Source of the DNA: Octopus vulgaris
Taxonomy: Eukaryota
Length of the DNA: 64,000 nucleotides
Assembly: GCA_951406725.2 (NCBI GenBank)
Contig: OX597820.1
Coordinates: 41,478,001-41,542,000, forward strand
Direction: 5' to 3'
Below the pieces are notes generated by a model. That model ran no database searches. It was not told the DNA's origin and saw only the letters and a program-made list of their open reading frames with translations. Position numbers and translations under genes: made by a program. Shown piece by piece: positions 44,298 through 56,735 of the stretch (position 1 is the first letter of the stretch; each line of letters opens with the position of its first letter).

Positions 44298-44785
44298 ACA
44301 ATGAAGGGTGAAATTAATTAATTTGGAACAATTATCAATTACACCAAGTAGTCTTCGGCATGTAAAAGCCTCATTCGAGGAAAATTTAAGTAATACTAAG
44401 CAATTAAGGCAATCTATCATACTCAGTATCTGATACTGAGTTGAGTTGGTGCCTTCTAGTATCTCAAAATTCAATATTCAATCATTCATGATTGTTAGTA
44501 TCCTGCGCTGATGAAAGAAGAAGTCTGGGTAAAGTAGAGTTATCTAATTCTAATTCTTATGCTTTCCTAAGACTTGATCTCGAAACGTACGTCCGTAGGT
44601 GACTTAAAACTGTATGATAGATTGCCGTTAATTCATTCTCTTTTACCTGTTTGTGTTTGCCTTTCAAATGCTGTGCCTTTACTGTGATCTCCTTTTAGTA
44701 GAAGAAATAGCTATAATCTATTTGACTGCTATTTCTAAATTCGGTGTGTGGTAAGGCAATTCGTTGCTAAACCCTTAATTGCTTA

Positions 44786-44788
<3 letters not shown>
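44298..44788 (+). mobile_element. Non-coding element in (TA)n with a hammerhead and partial inverted duplication (PLE-like)
   Basis: Bounded by (TA)n. 44394-44423 is complementary to 44612-44633 and to 44772-44787. Confidence 0.65.
44502..44599 (+). ncRNA. Type I hammerhead ribozyme with extended stem II
   Basis: cctgcg CTGATGA [67-nt hairpin] GAAA c gtac g TC cgtagg. 6-bp stem I, palindromic ACGTACGT stem III, predicted cleavage after C44593. Confidence 0.8.
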
Positions 44789-44828
<40 letters not shown>

Positions 44829-44877
44829 CGTGTGTGTGTGTGTGTGTATATATGTACACACACATACATACATCGTA

Positions 44878-45688
44878 TGTTGATCTTTAACTCTGGTGTG
44901 CATGCGCACTAAGTTTTAACGTTCTAGCTCACTTTCGCTGTTTACACCAGTGCTAGGAAGTAACTTGTGTAGGGTGTGTTCGTCGAATTGACCATGACAG
45001 AGAAAGTTGAGCAGAGAATCTACATCAAATTTTGCCAAAAGTTTGGCGATACCGGCTCAGAGGCCTATGCAGATTTCGAAACGTCTTCATGGTTTCCGAT
45101 ACAATCGAGGAGATTTTGTACAACTGAAACCCGAGTGTCTTTTTGGTCAACTGAAAGCAGTTTTGGCACAAACTTGGCAGACACGCGTCTCATACCCAAA
45201 TCTTCAGTGATAATGGACTGAATTGAACCGTAGCTAATCTGCACATCTTCTGAAATTTCACGGATAGTGATTCGACGATTTGTCTTCACATCTGCGAACA
45301 CATCTGCGATGTTTTTCTCAGTTCTGCTGGTTGCGGATCTCCCTGAACGTTCGTCACTATCGACATTTTTTTCGGCCACAATCTAAACGTCTGAACCACC
45401 CCTACACTTGTGTGCAACTTATACACTCTTCACAATATACGTTCCGCAACTTTGCATAGGCCACTGAGCAGGTATCGCCATAACAACTTCCTCTGTCATG
45501 GCCAATGCGACGATCACACGTTACACACGTCACTTCGAAGCACTGCTGTAAACAGCGGAAATGAGCTAGAACGTTAAAACTTTGTGCACATGCATAGCAG
45601 CGTTCAAGGTCAATCTTTGCCAAGCAGCTTCTCTCTGTTTAGCTTCGTTACTATAGCAACACTCTGGATACTTATTGATCAGAGCTCG
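44878..45688 (-). mobile_element. Mariner derivative with two inverted 5' ends and a truncated transposase N-terminus
   Basis: Minus-strand ORF DERSGR...NRRITIREISEDVQISYGSIQSIITEDLGMRRVSAKFVPKLL (HTH plus WVPHEL-like linker). MTEKVEQRIYIKFCQKFG lies on the plus strand at 44994. A mariner-type TIR (revcomp TA-cgagctctgatcaataagtatcc) ends at 45688. Confidence 0.88.
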
Positions 45689-46432
45689 TACGTACACACA
45701 AAACAAAACACTAAACAATTGCAAAACATACGAATATACACATTTACATAAATATATGCATCACCCCATCTGCAGCTCATTTAATCAGATCCTTGCCAAC
45801 ATATCTTATTCTGCCTCTATCCTCTGGCCATTGTCAAGCTAAGGAAAAGCAAATGTATTTTGTCGACTAATAACCTTCCACTGTGTCGGTTGCCATTTTA
45901 GCTGCTAATATGTTTACGTTAACCTGCTTAATTGTCTAAGACACACACCCGCTACCACATTTGTTTATTATTCTTGACAACTCTTTCAATTATATATTTC
46001 ATGCCGTCTTTTGTAGAGGATGTGTCCATGCTGAAACTTTGCCAGTATGTTATTGTTTCGAAACAACAAAACGCTGTTTGACAATATATTCAAGGCAACA
46101 TAATACAACATAAGGTCGCACAAGAGAAGACAAGATACACATTACGACGACCACCACAGTAGTCTCAATACAAACTCAATGCCTATACAAATCATCAGAA
46201 CTTCTCATAACAAATAGAAATATGCTTCTAATCTTTACATAAAACTATGTATCGTATCAAGGGTGTTTGTTTTATATTCTTAACACCGCCCTTTAGTTTC
46301 TATGATATTAAATGATCAAAGAACACCTGTCACTCTGTAGCCCCTTTCCTCGCTCTCATTACTTCCTTGTCGAGTTTTCAAATCTGTATTATTTCAGTGC
46401 CAGCGTTTTTTAATCGCAAACACAAACAAACA

Positions 46433-46529
<97 letters not shown>

Positions 46530-46587
46530 TCCATCTCCTATTTTACCAATACTATTCCCTTCCGGTAATTTCGAAATGTAAACACAT

Positions 46588-46780
46588 ATGAATCGTTGGC
46601 GATCTTTGTTCTCCGTCTTCCTTTTTTCTGGGACTTTCCTCTGTCTCCTGTTTCTTAAGTAGAGTTTTACTCGAAATGTAACATCAACTTTCTTTTCTTG
46701 AGCGTCTGCTAATACTTTGCATATACCACTTTCTTGCGTTGTTATTTTTTCTTGTGTCTGTTTTTTTTTTTTATTTACTA
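46588..46780 (+). mobile_element. Old copy of a hammerhead-bearing element (related to 57008-57183)
   Basis: Shares tgagcgtc..taatact...cttgcgttgtt with the reverse complement of 57008-57183. Decayed motif cttaagt a gagt ttt actc gaaatgta at 46650-46684. Confidence 0.55.
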
Positions 46781-46939
46781 TATATATGTATATATAAAGA
46801 TTCAGTTGAACGTGGAACTTAAGTTGAAGGCACGAGAATTTAATAAAAATAAGCAACAAGGTAACGCAGTAGGATAGTTTCATGCCAATCCATTTAATTG
46901 AAAATGCAAACATGACTTCCTGTAAAATTACGATCTCAT

Positions 46940-47395
46940 AAAAAGTTCCGAGGATGAGATTTCCTGGGAAATTTCGAGGATTTCATGTCAAGTTCCAAGG
47001 ATTTCCTGAATTCCGGGAAAATTGATCGGAAACTCCATGGAAAATTCCGAGGATTTTCTGATCCCGGGAAAATAGGGAGGAAACTTCATGGAAAGTTCCG
47101 AGGATTACATTGAAAGTTCCAAGGATTTCCTGACTTCCGGGGGAATTGATTGGAAACTCCATGGAAAGTTCCGAGGAGTTCATGGAAAGTTGCGAGGATT
47201 TCGTGACTTCCGGGAAAATTGGTCGGAAACTCCATGGAAAGTATCGAGGATTTCATGGAAAGTTCCAAGGATTTCCTAACTTCCTGGCAAATTGGTCGGA
47301 AACTTCCGGGCAAATTGGTCGAAAACTTCCTGGAAAGTTCCGTGGATTTCATGGACAGTTCCAATGATTTCCTAACTTCCTGGAAAATTGGAAAA
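46940..47395. repeat. Minisatellite with ~21-bp and ~32-bp subunits forming a ~74-bp higher-order unit
   Basis: Repeated catggaaagttccgaggattt and cctgacttccgggaaaattggtcggaaactc. Confidence 0.9.
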
Positions 47396-48399
47396 TATAT
47401 ATAAAGATTATTTTTAAGAGAACGTGGTTCAAGAGTATTGTTGCTGCTGAAGAGGTCACCATTGTCTTTATTGTCAATATTTTGCCCAAAGAAGTAGCAT
47501 TTGATTTGCGGAGTATTTGTCCGCTACTACTAACAGATCAAGTAACTACGTACAGAGCTACGTCAGGACTTTGGTCCGTGTGATATAAAGCAAACTTGGA
47601 CTAAATTTCTGGCACTTCGAGTAATGATATAGCAGCTGCCTTTTAATCTCGAGTGAGTTGATGTAGATTTAGTTTAAACTTGAACGCTAACTGTATATGA
47701 ATAAATCTATACGGATAAAAAACATTAATGGTGTAACATAATACCACCACCAGCATCAACAGCCAACCCACTACATGTGAAAGAGGGAGCTTCTATAGGT
47801 TTCTACAAGCTAACGCAGGAGCGTCTAGTGGCCACTCTAACTGCTAGAAATGGTAGTAACTGCCCCTTAAATCTCAGCTCATCAAACTAAGAAAAGGTAC
47901 ATTGGATCAGGGTAAGTGGCCACATCTCAGACACCCTTATTGAATACTCACTAATGTTCGTTTCAACTTACATCTCTAGATGAATGTATATCACTATAAT
48001 GCATAAACTAGCAAGATACAACCTAACATACTCCTCTTCATGAATTATGTCAATGTAGGATATTATGGCCATTATTATGGTATAGCTTAATTAAACGCTG
48101 AATATTTGGCGGTGCATACATGTAGTCGTATATACAAGTATATAGACTCGTCGTTTTCAATGTTCAGAGAATTGTTTGTTTATAATAAAAGAACAAGTAT
48201 GCGTATGCATACTTGCGTGTATATGTGTGCGTATGTGTGGTTATTCCAGTGTGTATATTTGTGCGCGCGCGTCAATCAGGCATGTGCACAAGTATGCGTA
48301 CTTATCGACGGTGCCACGAGAGTGTTATCTTCTTGCGACTATTAGCCTCATAAACGGTATTTTTCAATAAAGTTCCTTTTCATGCGTGTATACTATACA

Positions 48400-48502
48400 T
48401 ATACATGCACACACACAAACACACACATACACACACATGTATGTATATCTACATATATACGCATGTATATATGTAGATGTATATGTATACACGTATATAT
48501 GT

Positions 48503-48559
<57 letters not shown>

Positions 48560-48695
48560 CATACATATATATATATATACATACATATATATATACATAC
48601 ATATATATACATACACACACATATATATATATATATATATACATACACATATATATATATACATACACATATACATACATATATATATATATACA

Positions 48696-48738
<43 letters not shown>

Positions 48739-48800
48739 GTGTGTGTGTATGTATATACACATATATACGTGTGTATATATATGTGTGTATATGTACATAT
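48400..48800. repeat. Compound (TA)n/(TACA)n microsatellite
   Basis: Directly visible. Confidence 0.95.
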
Positions 48801-49677
48801 ATATTCATAAACGCACGCGTACTTCTACAGTTAGGCATACACACACTTATAAATATTTGAGTGTGCATATGGAGAATTGTTGGTGTATGTGAAATATAGT
48901 GAATTAATGACGAGAATTTGTTAATATATAGCTGCTGCTGATGATGATGGTGGTAGTGGTGGTGATGGTAGTAGTAGTAGTAAAGATAGTAATAATAACC
49001 TCTATTATTTACAGTGTTGTTGTTGTTGGTGGTGGTGGTGGTAGTGGTGGTGTTAGTGCTGTATGCGGTTAAGTATATTCATGTGAGTAGCTGGTTGAAT
49101 TATGTCATCCGAGGGAATGGTTTACTACAATATGGTGGTCGGTGTGTGGGCTATTATTAACATCGTCATCATTATTATGATTAAATTATCTTAGTTATTG
49201 TTGAGATTGTTGTTGTAGTCATTGTTTTTGTTTTCTCTTATTATGTTTTTAATGTGTATGTGTGTATGTGTGTGTGTGTGTGTGTGTGTCATTTAGTTTA
49301 TTTGTGTTTTTTTTGTTTTGGCGTTTGCAGTGAATGGTTTACTGCTCTGTGGCAGACGGTTTGTCGACTATCACCACCACCACCACCACCACCACGACCA
49401 CCATCAACATCATCATCATCATCACCGCCACGCCACCGCCACCGCCACCACCGTCGCCGCCGCTGCAACTACAGCCATCAGGTGATAAAGGAATTGTTGT
49501 TTTGTTTTGTTGTTGTTGTTATTGATGTATTTGTCCTTATTGATATTGCCATTCTTCTTCTCATCATCCTCCTTCTTCTCCAACACTACCCCACTCCTCT
49601 TCTTTTCTTATTATTTCCTGCATGTATAACTATGTGTAAATATATACGTGTATATAAGCTTGTACGCATCATATATG

Positions 49678-49727
<50 letters not shown>

Positions 49728-50507
49728 GACACATATATTTGTAATTGTCTGTGCATGTGCAAGAGTTGGGTTTGAGGTAGATAGGTGGGTTCTCCCTTTC
49801 CTTTTTATTTTATTTTTTCATATATAAGTGAAGCCAGCTATTGTTGCTCTAAACTGTTCAAGAATAGCGTCTGTGATAATGAGAGCATCATTAGTGCCAG
49901 TGATAATGGCCATTGCTGCTGAAGCTAGAATCTCTTGGCCGACAATCTCAGCTGGAGAATTGTCGCCTTTACTAACAACAACTAGTCGTCGCCATTGTTT
50001 AGCTGGGGGAGAATTTACTGGGCGACAGACAGCAGTAGAGCCAATGTTTGGTGGTACGAGTGGTTAGATGCTGTTTTACTGCTGAATTAGTTATTGTGGT
50101 GTTGTTCATGATGTGTGGTGGTGGTGATTGTTGGCGGTGTTTAACGGTTGGTTATTGTTGCTTTTAATTGGAGATGGTTTTTGGGACCGGGCATGCTGCT
50201 GTTGATAACCAGCCGTTTGCTGACTGACGATAGAGGTTTGCTAGTTTTTCGATCATTGCTGTTTTGTGTTACACTAGCGTAGTAGCTGTCAAAAATGATG
50301 GTGTTTATTTGAAAATGAAACAAACAAAAATGTTTTCATAAAGGTTTGTAGTTAAATAATAATAATAATAATAAAAGAAAACAAACATTGCACTTGATTT
50401 TGTATATGAAAAAAAAAAAAAAGATAGGGCACCATAAAAGCGAATAGTGAAGTCAAATCAATGCCGGAAATTCATCAGCATAGATAATGTATACAAATAT
50501 GTAAGTA

Positions 50508-50895
50508 CTAGCAGTATCGCCCGGCGTTGCTCGGGTTTGTAAGGGAAATAACTATAAAGCATTTTTAGAGAGTTATAGCCAAAAAATAGCAAAAAAATGG
50601 AAAAAAAATGATGGTAAATTTTTTTTTTGAGAGTTGAAACGGTCGAGTTGCGTCCCCTAGACAGTCTGTGGTTTGTGTTTCTGATTCTCGACCCCATGTC
50701 GAATTTATCGATTTTTTTCAGAACTGGGGGAACTTTTCAAAATTTTCGCTGCGTTAGTTTTGAATTATGACATTGGGCTATGAGTGTGTCAAGTTTCATC
50801 AGAATCGGTTGAAAGCCGTGGTCAGGGTGAGGGTACAACGTGACAGACACACACACACACACACACAGACAAACTGCCGTTTATATATAGAGAGA
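50508..50895 (-). mobile_element. Non-autonomous Helitron (Lep1-like layout)
   Basis: The minus strand starts A|TC and ends with hairpin cccgagcaacgccggg, then CTAG|T. It inserted between A and T with no TSD and has an internal (CA)n. Confidence 0.85.
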
Positions 50896-51169
50896 TATAG
50901 AAGCGTGGTTCAAGCTATGATCTTAGAACAAATTGCAGCCAAATTAGAACAAATACGCGCGCACCCACTCACATATTGGCAGTTTTTAACACAGACGTCT
51001 TGTTAGGACACTGAAAACTGCGTTTCGTATATATAAAAGCACACACATATCTCGTAACAGACGAGAATCGTTTGTTATCGGCATCGGTATTCCCGTATTA
51101 TGTGATTTCATTCTTCTGGAAATCATCATGGGGAAGCTTCCGGTTACCGCATATCAGTCAAATCTCGCT

Positions 51170-51560
51170 GCTGCGATATATAAAATATCATTATCTTTTC
51201 AGACACCGATGTCGCAAATAACCAGCAGGCTCATCTAAAAGTAATTATTAGCGGCGGAAGCATTATTAATACCAAAAGGTAATCTTTATATCGAACTTAA
51301 CATGGGCGTCTTATTAGAGCACCGAATACTGCGCCTTGAGAGATCCTCTCATACAGGCGTTTCAGGACTTCGCCCCGTTGTCACGTTTCCTCTGGAGACT
51401 TCGCAACCTTCAGAAAGAAACGCCCAACATCGAATGGACCATCATCAACAGGACCCCCACCTTACTTAATCAGCGCCTGCAATTGCTAGGTCTGTCTCAG
51501 CGTAAGACTGTACATTCTTCACTAATCTGTGGTGCCTGTCAACAAGTAACACAAACAATC
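51170..51560 (+). pseudogene. Decayed GIY-YIG endonuclease of a Penelope-like element
   Basis: Across frameshifts: AAIYKIS...LYIELN...LSRFLWRLRNLQKETPNIEWTIINRTP..Y..SACNC*VCL...YIL...VNK. This follows the recalled pattern IY..YIG..LSK.IW.LK..I.W.II..Y..C.LCL..I..LNK. Confidence 0.6.
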
Positions 51561-52726
51561 TTTCTGCTCAATCAGAGGCATACCCGATTGGTGAATTTTT
51601 TAGGCTACTTTATACAAACCTACTAGGAAAAGTATTTCTCCAAATTATAAATTTAATCCAGTACGAGCCAAATTATGTTGATACCAGAATAATTTCACAT
51701 TTGTTAGGTGTTTTTGAAGAAGTAGGAGTTGAAGAAGAAAATTGGTTTTAATTTATTTAAGTCACTTGTACCAAATAAAAACCAGTCTCATTTTTCTTTG
51801 ATCAAAAATATTTGATTGATGCGCAAAATGTTCTTTTTTTTCTCTTTTAAATAACTATCATAGGAAACTGTTATGGTAAATGATAAGGACTACAGTATGA
51901 AATCTCTTATTCATTTCTGTTAGTGAATTTCTTTGTTGAATTTCTTTGTTGAGGTCTCCACCTTTCGTGTTATCGTAGTTCATGTGATAAACGGGAAGAA
52001 GATAATTATCATTTCCTATCGCTGTACATCTGTACTTGTGTGTTTATATAAATTATTAAAGCTAAAATGCACACACACATACACACACAAACAGAAGAGC
52101 AATGCTGAGCAAATAATAAGCTATAGAATCACGTGTTTTCGAGCCTGTAGTAAGTTTTTCAGTTTGATTTTTTTTCTAATACATGCTCGGTATGCAGTCT
52201 AGGTGGATGCTTTGCAAGTTTCGAAATTTGATATTTATGTCGGATAAACTGAGTATCTTACATAATTTAAATCAAATATAATACGTCATTTCTTCATAAA
52301 TTCTAACAGTCATTCAATGTTTGCTATAATTCTAATTTTATTTATTGAATCTTATTGGACAATTAAAGGATGCAAAAGGAAATTAGACGTAACATACCGG
52401 AAAATTACACAAATTGGGAATCAAACGTGTTAATACTGTATTATCCTAATGACTAGCGGAAAACCGCCAGGCGAGTGGTGTTTCTGATAAATCGCCATGG
52501 TGTTGCTGGGATTACTGTTCTCCGGTAGATACTCTTGATTTTAGTGGTGGTAATGTTGATATTATTGTTTGACACTTTACTTTCTCTGCGTATGCAGTCT
52601 TTATGTGTAGGTTATGTGCAACTTGTAATGATATTTAGTGTAAAATTTTTGAGGTGCCTGTGAATATTCTAAGTATACACGTGTTGTTTTAATTTCGTTT
52701 TTAAACCGTCAAATCTTCTATGTATC

Positions 52727-52918
52727 CCCGCCATAATAGATCGTTAGCCACTACACACATTTTTTTTCTCCCCTTGTTTCTTCTGTGTACCTTTCTGTAG
52801 AAGAGCGTAGGCTCGAAATGTAAAAGACTTTTTCTGTTCCTGAGCGTTATACTAATACATCTGTTTGTTTTGTACACCACCTGTCTTCGTCTTTTGGTTT
52901 TTGCGTAAACTTTCCCCA
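52727..52918 (+). mobile_element. PLE-like terminal repeat with hammerhead-like motif at 52791-52826
   Basis: cttt CTGTAGA a gagc gtag gctc GAAATGTA aaag. Collinear with the reverse complement of 3831-4040 and ends in tatata. Confidence 0.65.
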
Positions 52919-53059
52919 TATATATCTTATAGACGGGTTATAGATAATTCATTGTATGTTATTTATTTTTGTGTGTATGTGTGTGCGTGTTGTATGTATA
53001 TGTTGTTTGATGTGATTATTACTTCATCTGGTGCTATTTGGTGTCGCTAGTTGATGCTA

Positions 53060-53400
53060 TGGGAGATGCTATGCTATGTTGTACGTTAAGTCTGATTATA
53101 AGAGTAAGTAGATTGATGTATGGTTCGAGAGGTTTTGCATCAGTCTCTCCGGTGAAAGGTAAAAAGCTGCCTCGGTAATACCAGCTGCAGATGAGGCTGT
53201 GCATGTTTTCTCTGAGTGTGAGTCAGTCATACTGGTATAGGTGGAAAATAGCGGGATAGGCCAGATACATATGGTGCGCAGGGAAAATGTAGATTCTTGA
53301 TGTGTAGCGGCTTACTCAAAAAAATCTTTGCTTATATCGATAGGACTTAGAATGATGAATCAGTGTGGACTTGTTGCTAAAACTCGCATGACTCTTGTGT
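53060..53400 (-). pseudogene. Possible decayed PLE (Neptune-like) linker and GIY-YIG fragment
   Basis: Across frameshifts: KIFLSKPL..FPC...PLFSTYTSMTDSHSEKT...LICS...FTGET...IIRLN...PIA. The order fits, but conservation is weak. Confidence 0.4.
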
Positions 53401-53478
53401 GAGGTGTTTGAGTGCTGTGATCTTAATCTGCATTGTGAGTTAGACACAGGAATCTGGATGCGTGATGTCAAGGATGTG

Positions 53479-53881
53479 ACTCTCTTTTTACTCTTTTACT
53501 TGTTTCAGTCATTTGACTGCGGCCATGTTGGAGCACCACCTTTAGTCGAGAAAATTGACCCCGGGACTTATTCTTTGTGAGCCCAGTACTTATTCTATCG
53601 GTCTCTTTTGCCGAACCGCTAAGTGACGGGGACGTAAACACACCAGCATCGGTTGTCAAGCAATGCTAGGGGGACAAACACAGACACACAAACACATACA
53701 ATTATATATATATACATATATACGACAGGCTTCTTTCAGTTTCCGTCTACCAAATCTACTCACAAGGCATTGGTCGGCCCGGGGCTATACCAGAAGACAC
53801 TTGCCCAAGATGCCACGCAGTGGGACTGAACCCGGAACCATGTGGTTGGTTAGCAAGCTACTTACCACACAGCCACTCCTG
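53479..53881 (-). mobile_element. SINE family A (full length)
   Basis: The reverse complement is near-identical to 35706-36126. Confidence 0.95.
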
Positions 53882-54646
53882 ACTGTCACTCTTTAAAATA
53901 TAAATAGGTTTCTATGATATTTTGTCGGTTGAGCATTGTTTTGACAAGTTGGGGATGGGGATGTAAGTAAATCTAAGCATTGCACACATGTAAGCTGTCA
54001 ATTAGCAAATTACGATCCACATATACATGGCTTTTACTACGTCGTTGAATCCATCGAACAATGATTTGACACAGTAGTTTATAGAATAGCGAGCAGTGTG
54101 GTAACCAGAGTACTTAAGGTTCTTCTAAATGACGTTAGTCCTGCTAATTAACGGCAAAATCTCACTAAAATAATAATATAGTCTTCAGAATGAACAACTT
54201 ATGTTAGTGGAATCTTGTTTCTAGAGTTGGTGGTGGTACAAATTCATGGAATTTTGATGGAAGTAGTAGGAATGCTTGTAGTAACAATACTTATATACAC
54301 CGAGTCAGGTTTGTATCTTTCTATATTTCTTTGTTTCTGTGCAATGCAGACATAAGCTCTGCTTAAACCAATTGTATCAAAACGCTATGGCGTCAAATTT
54401 TGAGAAGACAATTTTAGAAATCAACTTCAACTAAACAATATAATTTCTAAAACAAAAAGAAATTTAAAATTATTATTACATTTGTTCTTTTGTCCATAAG
54501 CACTTCCAGCAGTGATGAAAAGAAAGTACAGATTAATCAGTACAAACTCAGTGAAATGTCAGAAAATTATCCAACTTGTAGAACTTTAAAGAAAATTCGT
54601 CTGAGCAGACTGATAGACACTGCTGTAATTATCATCAGTATCAGCA

Positions 54647-54708
<62 letters not shown>

Positions 54709-54845
54709 GCTGTAGTCTTTCTGCTTGTGGTAGGACAATTATTAGGGTTATATGTAAAAGTGTGTTGGAATTCTGGAGTGTGACGAGTTTTCAGTATACT
54801 CCTACATAGATGGTCGATTTTACTATTTTATCGATGCTTATTTTT

Positions 54846-54916
<71 letters not shown>

Positions 54917-55045
54917 TAAAATATTTTTTCTATATCAAGGCATTGTATGTGAAATATGGTATTTATTTCAATCAACTATTATTCGTATGAGACATCAAAA
55001 TTCGTGAAAAGATAGATTTATGTGTCAATATTTTTGAAATTCTAA

Positions 55046-55445
55046 GGCAGCGAGCTGGCAGAAACGTTAGCGCGCCAAGCGAAATGCTGACCGGTATTTC
55101 GTCTGCCGTTACGTTCTGAATTCAAATTTCGCTGAGGTCGACTTTGCTTTCATTCTTTCGGAGTCGATTAAATAAGTACCAGTTACGCAATGGGGTCGAT
55201 ATAATCGACTTAATCCGTTTGTCTGTCCTTGTTTGTCCCCTCTGTGTTTAGTCCCTTGTGAGTAGTAAAGAAATAGAAATAGGTATTTCGTCTGCCGTTA
55301 CGTTCTGAGTTAAAATTCCGCCGACGTCGACTTTGCCTTTCATCCTTTCGGGGTCGATAAATTAAGTACCAGTTGCGTACTGGGGTAAATTTAATCGCCT
55401 GACTTCCTCTCCCAAAATTTCGGGCTTTGTGTCCAGAGTAGAAAA
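55046..55445 (+). mobile_element. SINE family B (dimeric, full length)
   Basis: Same two-monomer structure as 62168-62563. TSD caatatttttgaaatt at 55026-55041 and 55446-55461. Confidence 0.93.
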
Positions 55446-56628
55446 CAATATTTTTGAAATTTTATGAAAACAGTGCTACTCTAATGCTATTGACGCACTG
55501 ATGTGCATGTACTAATACTCTTTACATACTTTATGCATAAGGACAAATTGTAAGCAAATATATATATAAATATTAATATACACATTTTCTATATTATATT
55601 TTATCCAGCTACAAGTCTTACGTACAAAGACATCAATGTGTATCTGCATATATGTTTCAGTGTATTTATGAGTGTGTATGTAGGAGTGTATGTGTAAGTG
55701 AATGTGTCTGTTATATGTTATACAGCTATGTTTTTCGACCATAAATCACATAAATACATAAACATAATATATTATACATGCCGCAGACACACTCACGCAC
55801 ACGCATACACACAGATATCTATTGTTATATATGAGTAACAAGTATGAACTAAAATACATTTAACTATATAACAGTTAAAAAGTATGTTGTAAATAGGACA
55901 AGCATATACAGCAACCTTCATATGTATAACATATTTATATAGATTTGTAAATGGAATGAGAGCAAATATAGGAATACTGACAACCATATATATATAAGCA
56001 ATCCCATTCAAACACCGAGAAAGATCTGTGCGAAGAACCGGTACCAGCTATATCTATATCATTGCAGTCTCTAACATTTCAAACATAGAGTACATGCTAG
56101 GCTTTGCATAAGTATACAGACACCGTTATAGATACATATACAGCTGAAGATGCACCTGTTTTCCAATTAATTTCATTTCCTAAGGAAACCTTACAGATAG
56201 AGTATTAAATTGGAAGAGAAATAGATTAGATCCGTCACTGGGGCATTTTCCAAGATCTTACTGATCACCCGATAGGCCTTTTAGAAACCACTCACGACTT
56301 TCTAAACCGCCATGTTTTGGGGTTATTACCAAGTGAGTTACATGTAAATTGAATTACCTGTATTTAGGTATGCATGCATGCATGCATGCATGCATGTATG
56401 TATTTATGAATATATGTATGTATGTAAGTATGTATGTGTGTATGTATGTATGTATGTATGTATGTATGTATGTATGTATGTATGTATGTAGTCATGCACG
56501 CATAATTGGATGCAAGTATGGATGACTGTATATATATATATGTATATATATATATATGTATGTGTGTGCGTACATACGTACGTATAAATGTAATCTCTCA
56601 ATCTCTCATTCTCTTTCTCTCTCCCCCT

Positions 56629-56714
<86 letters not shown>

Positions 56715-56735
56715 GTCTGTCTATCTATCTATCTT

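Noticed and set aside
46983-47404. Overlapping MESS/MEL repeat ORFs
   Set aside because: Open on both strands only because of the tandem repeat. No start context or unique sequence.
52452-52470. actagcggaaaaccgc as a second Helitron 3' end
   Set aside because: The hairpin overlaps the CTAG and no matching 5' end or homologous body is visible.
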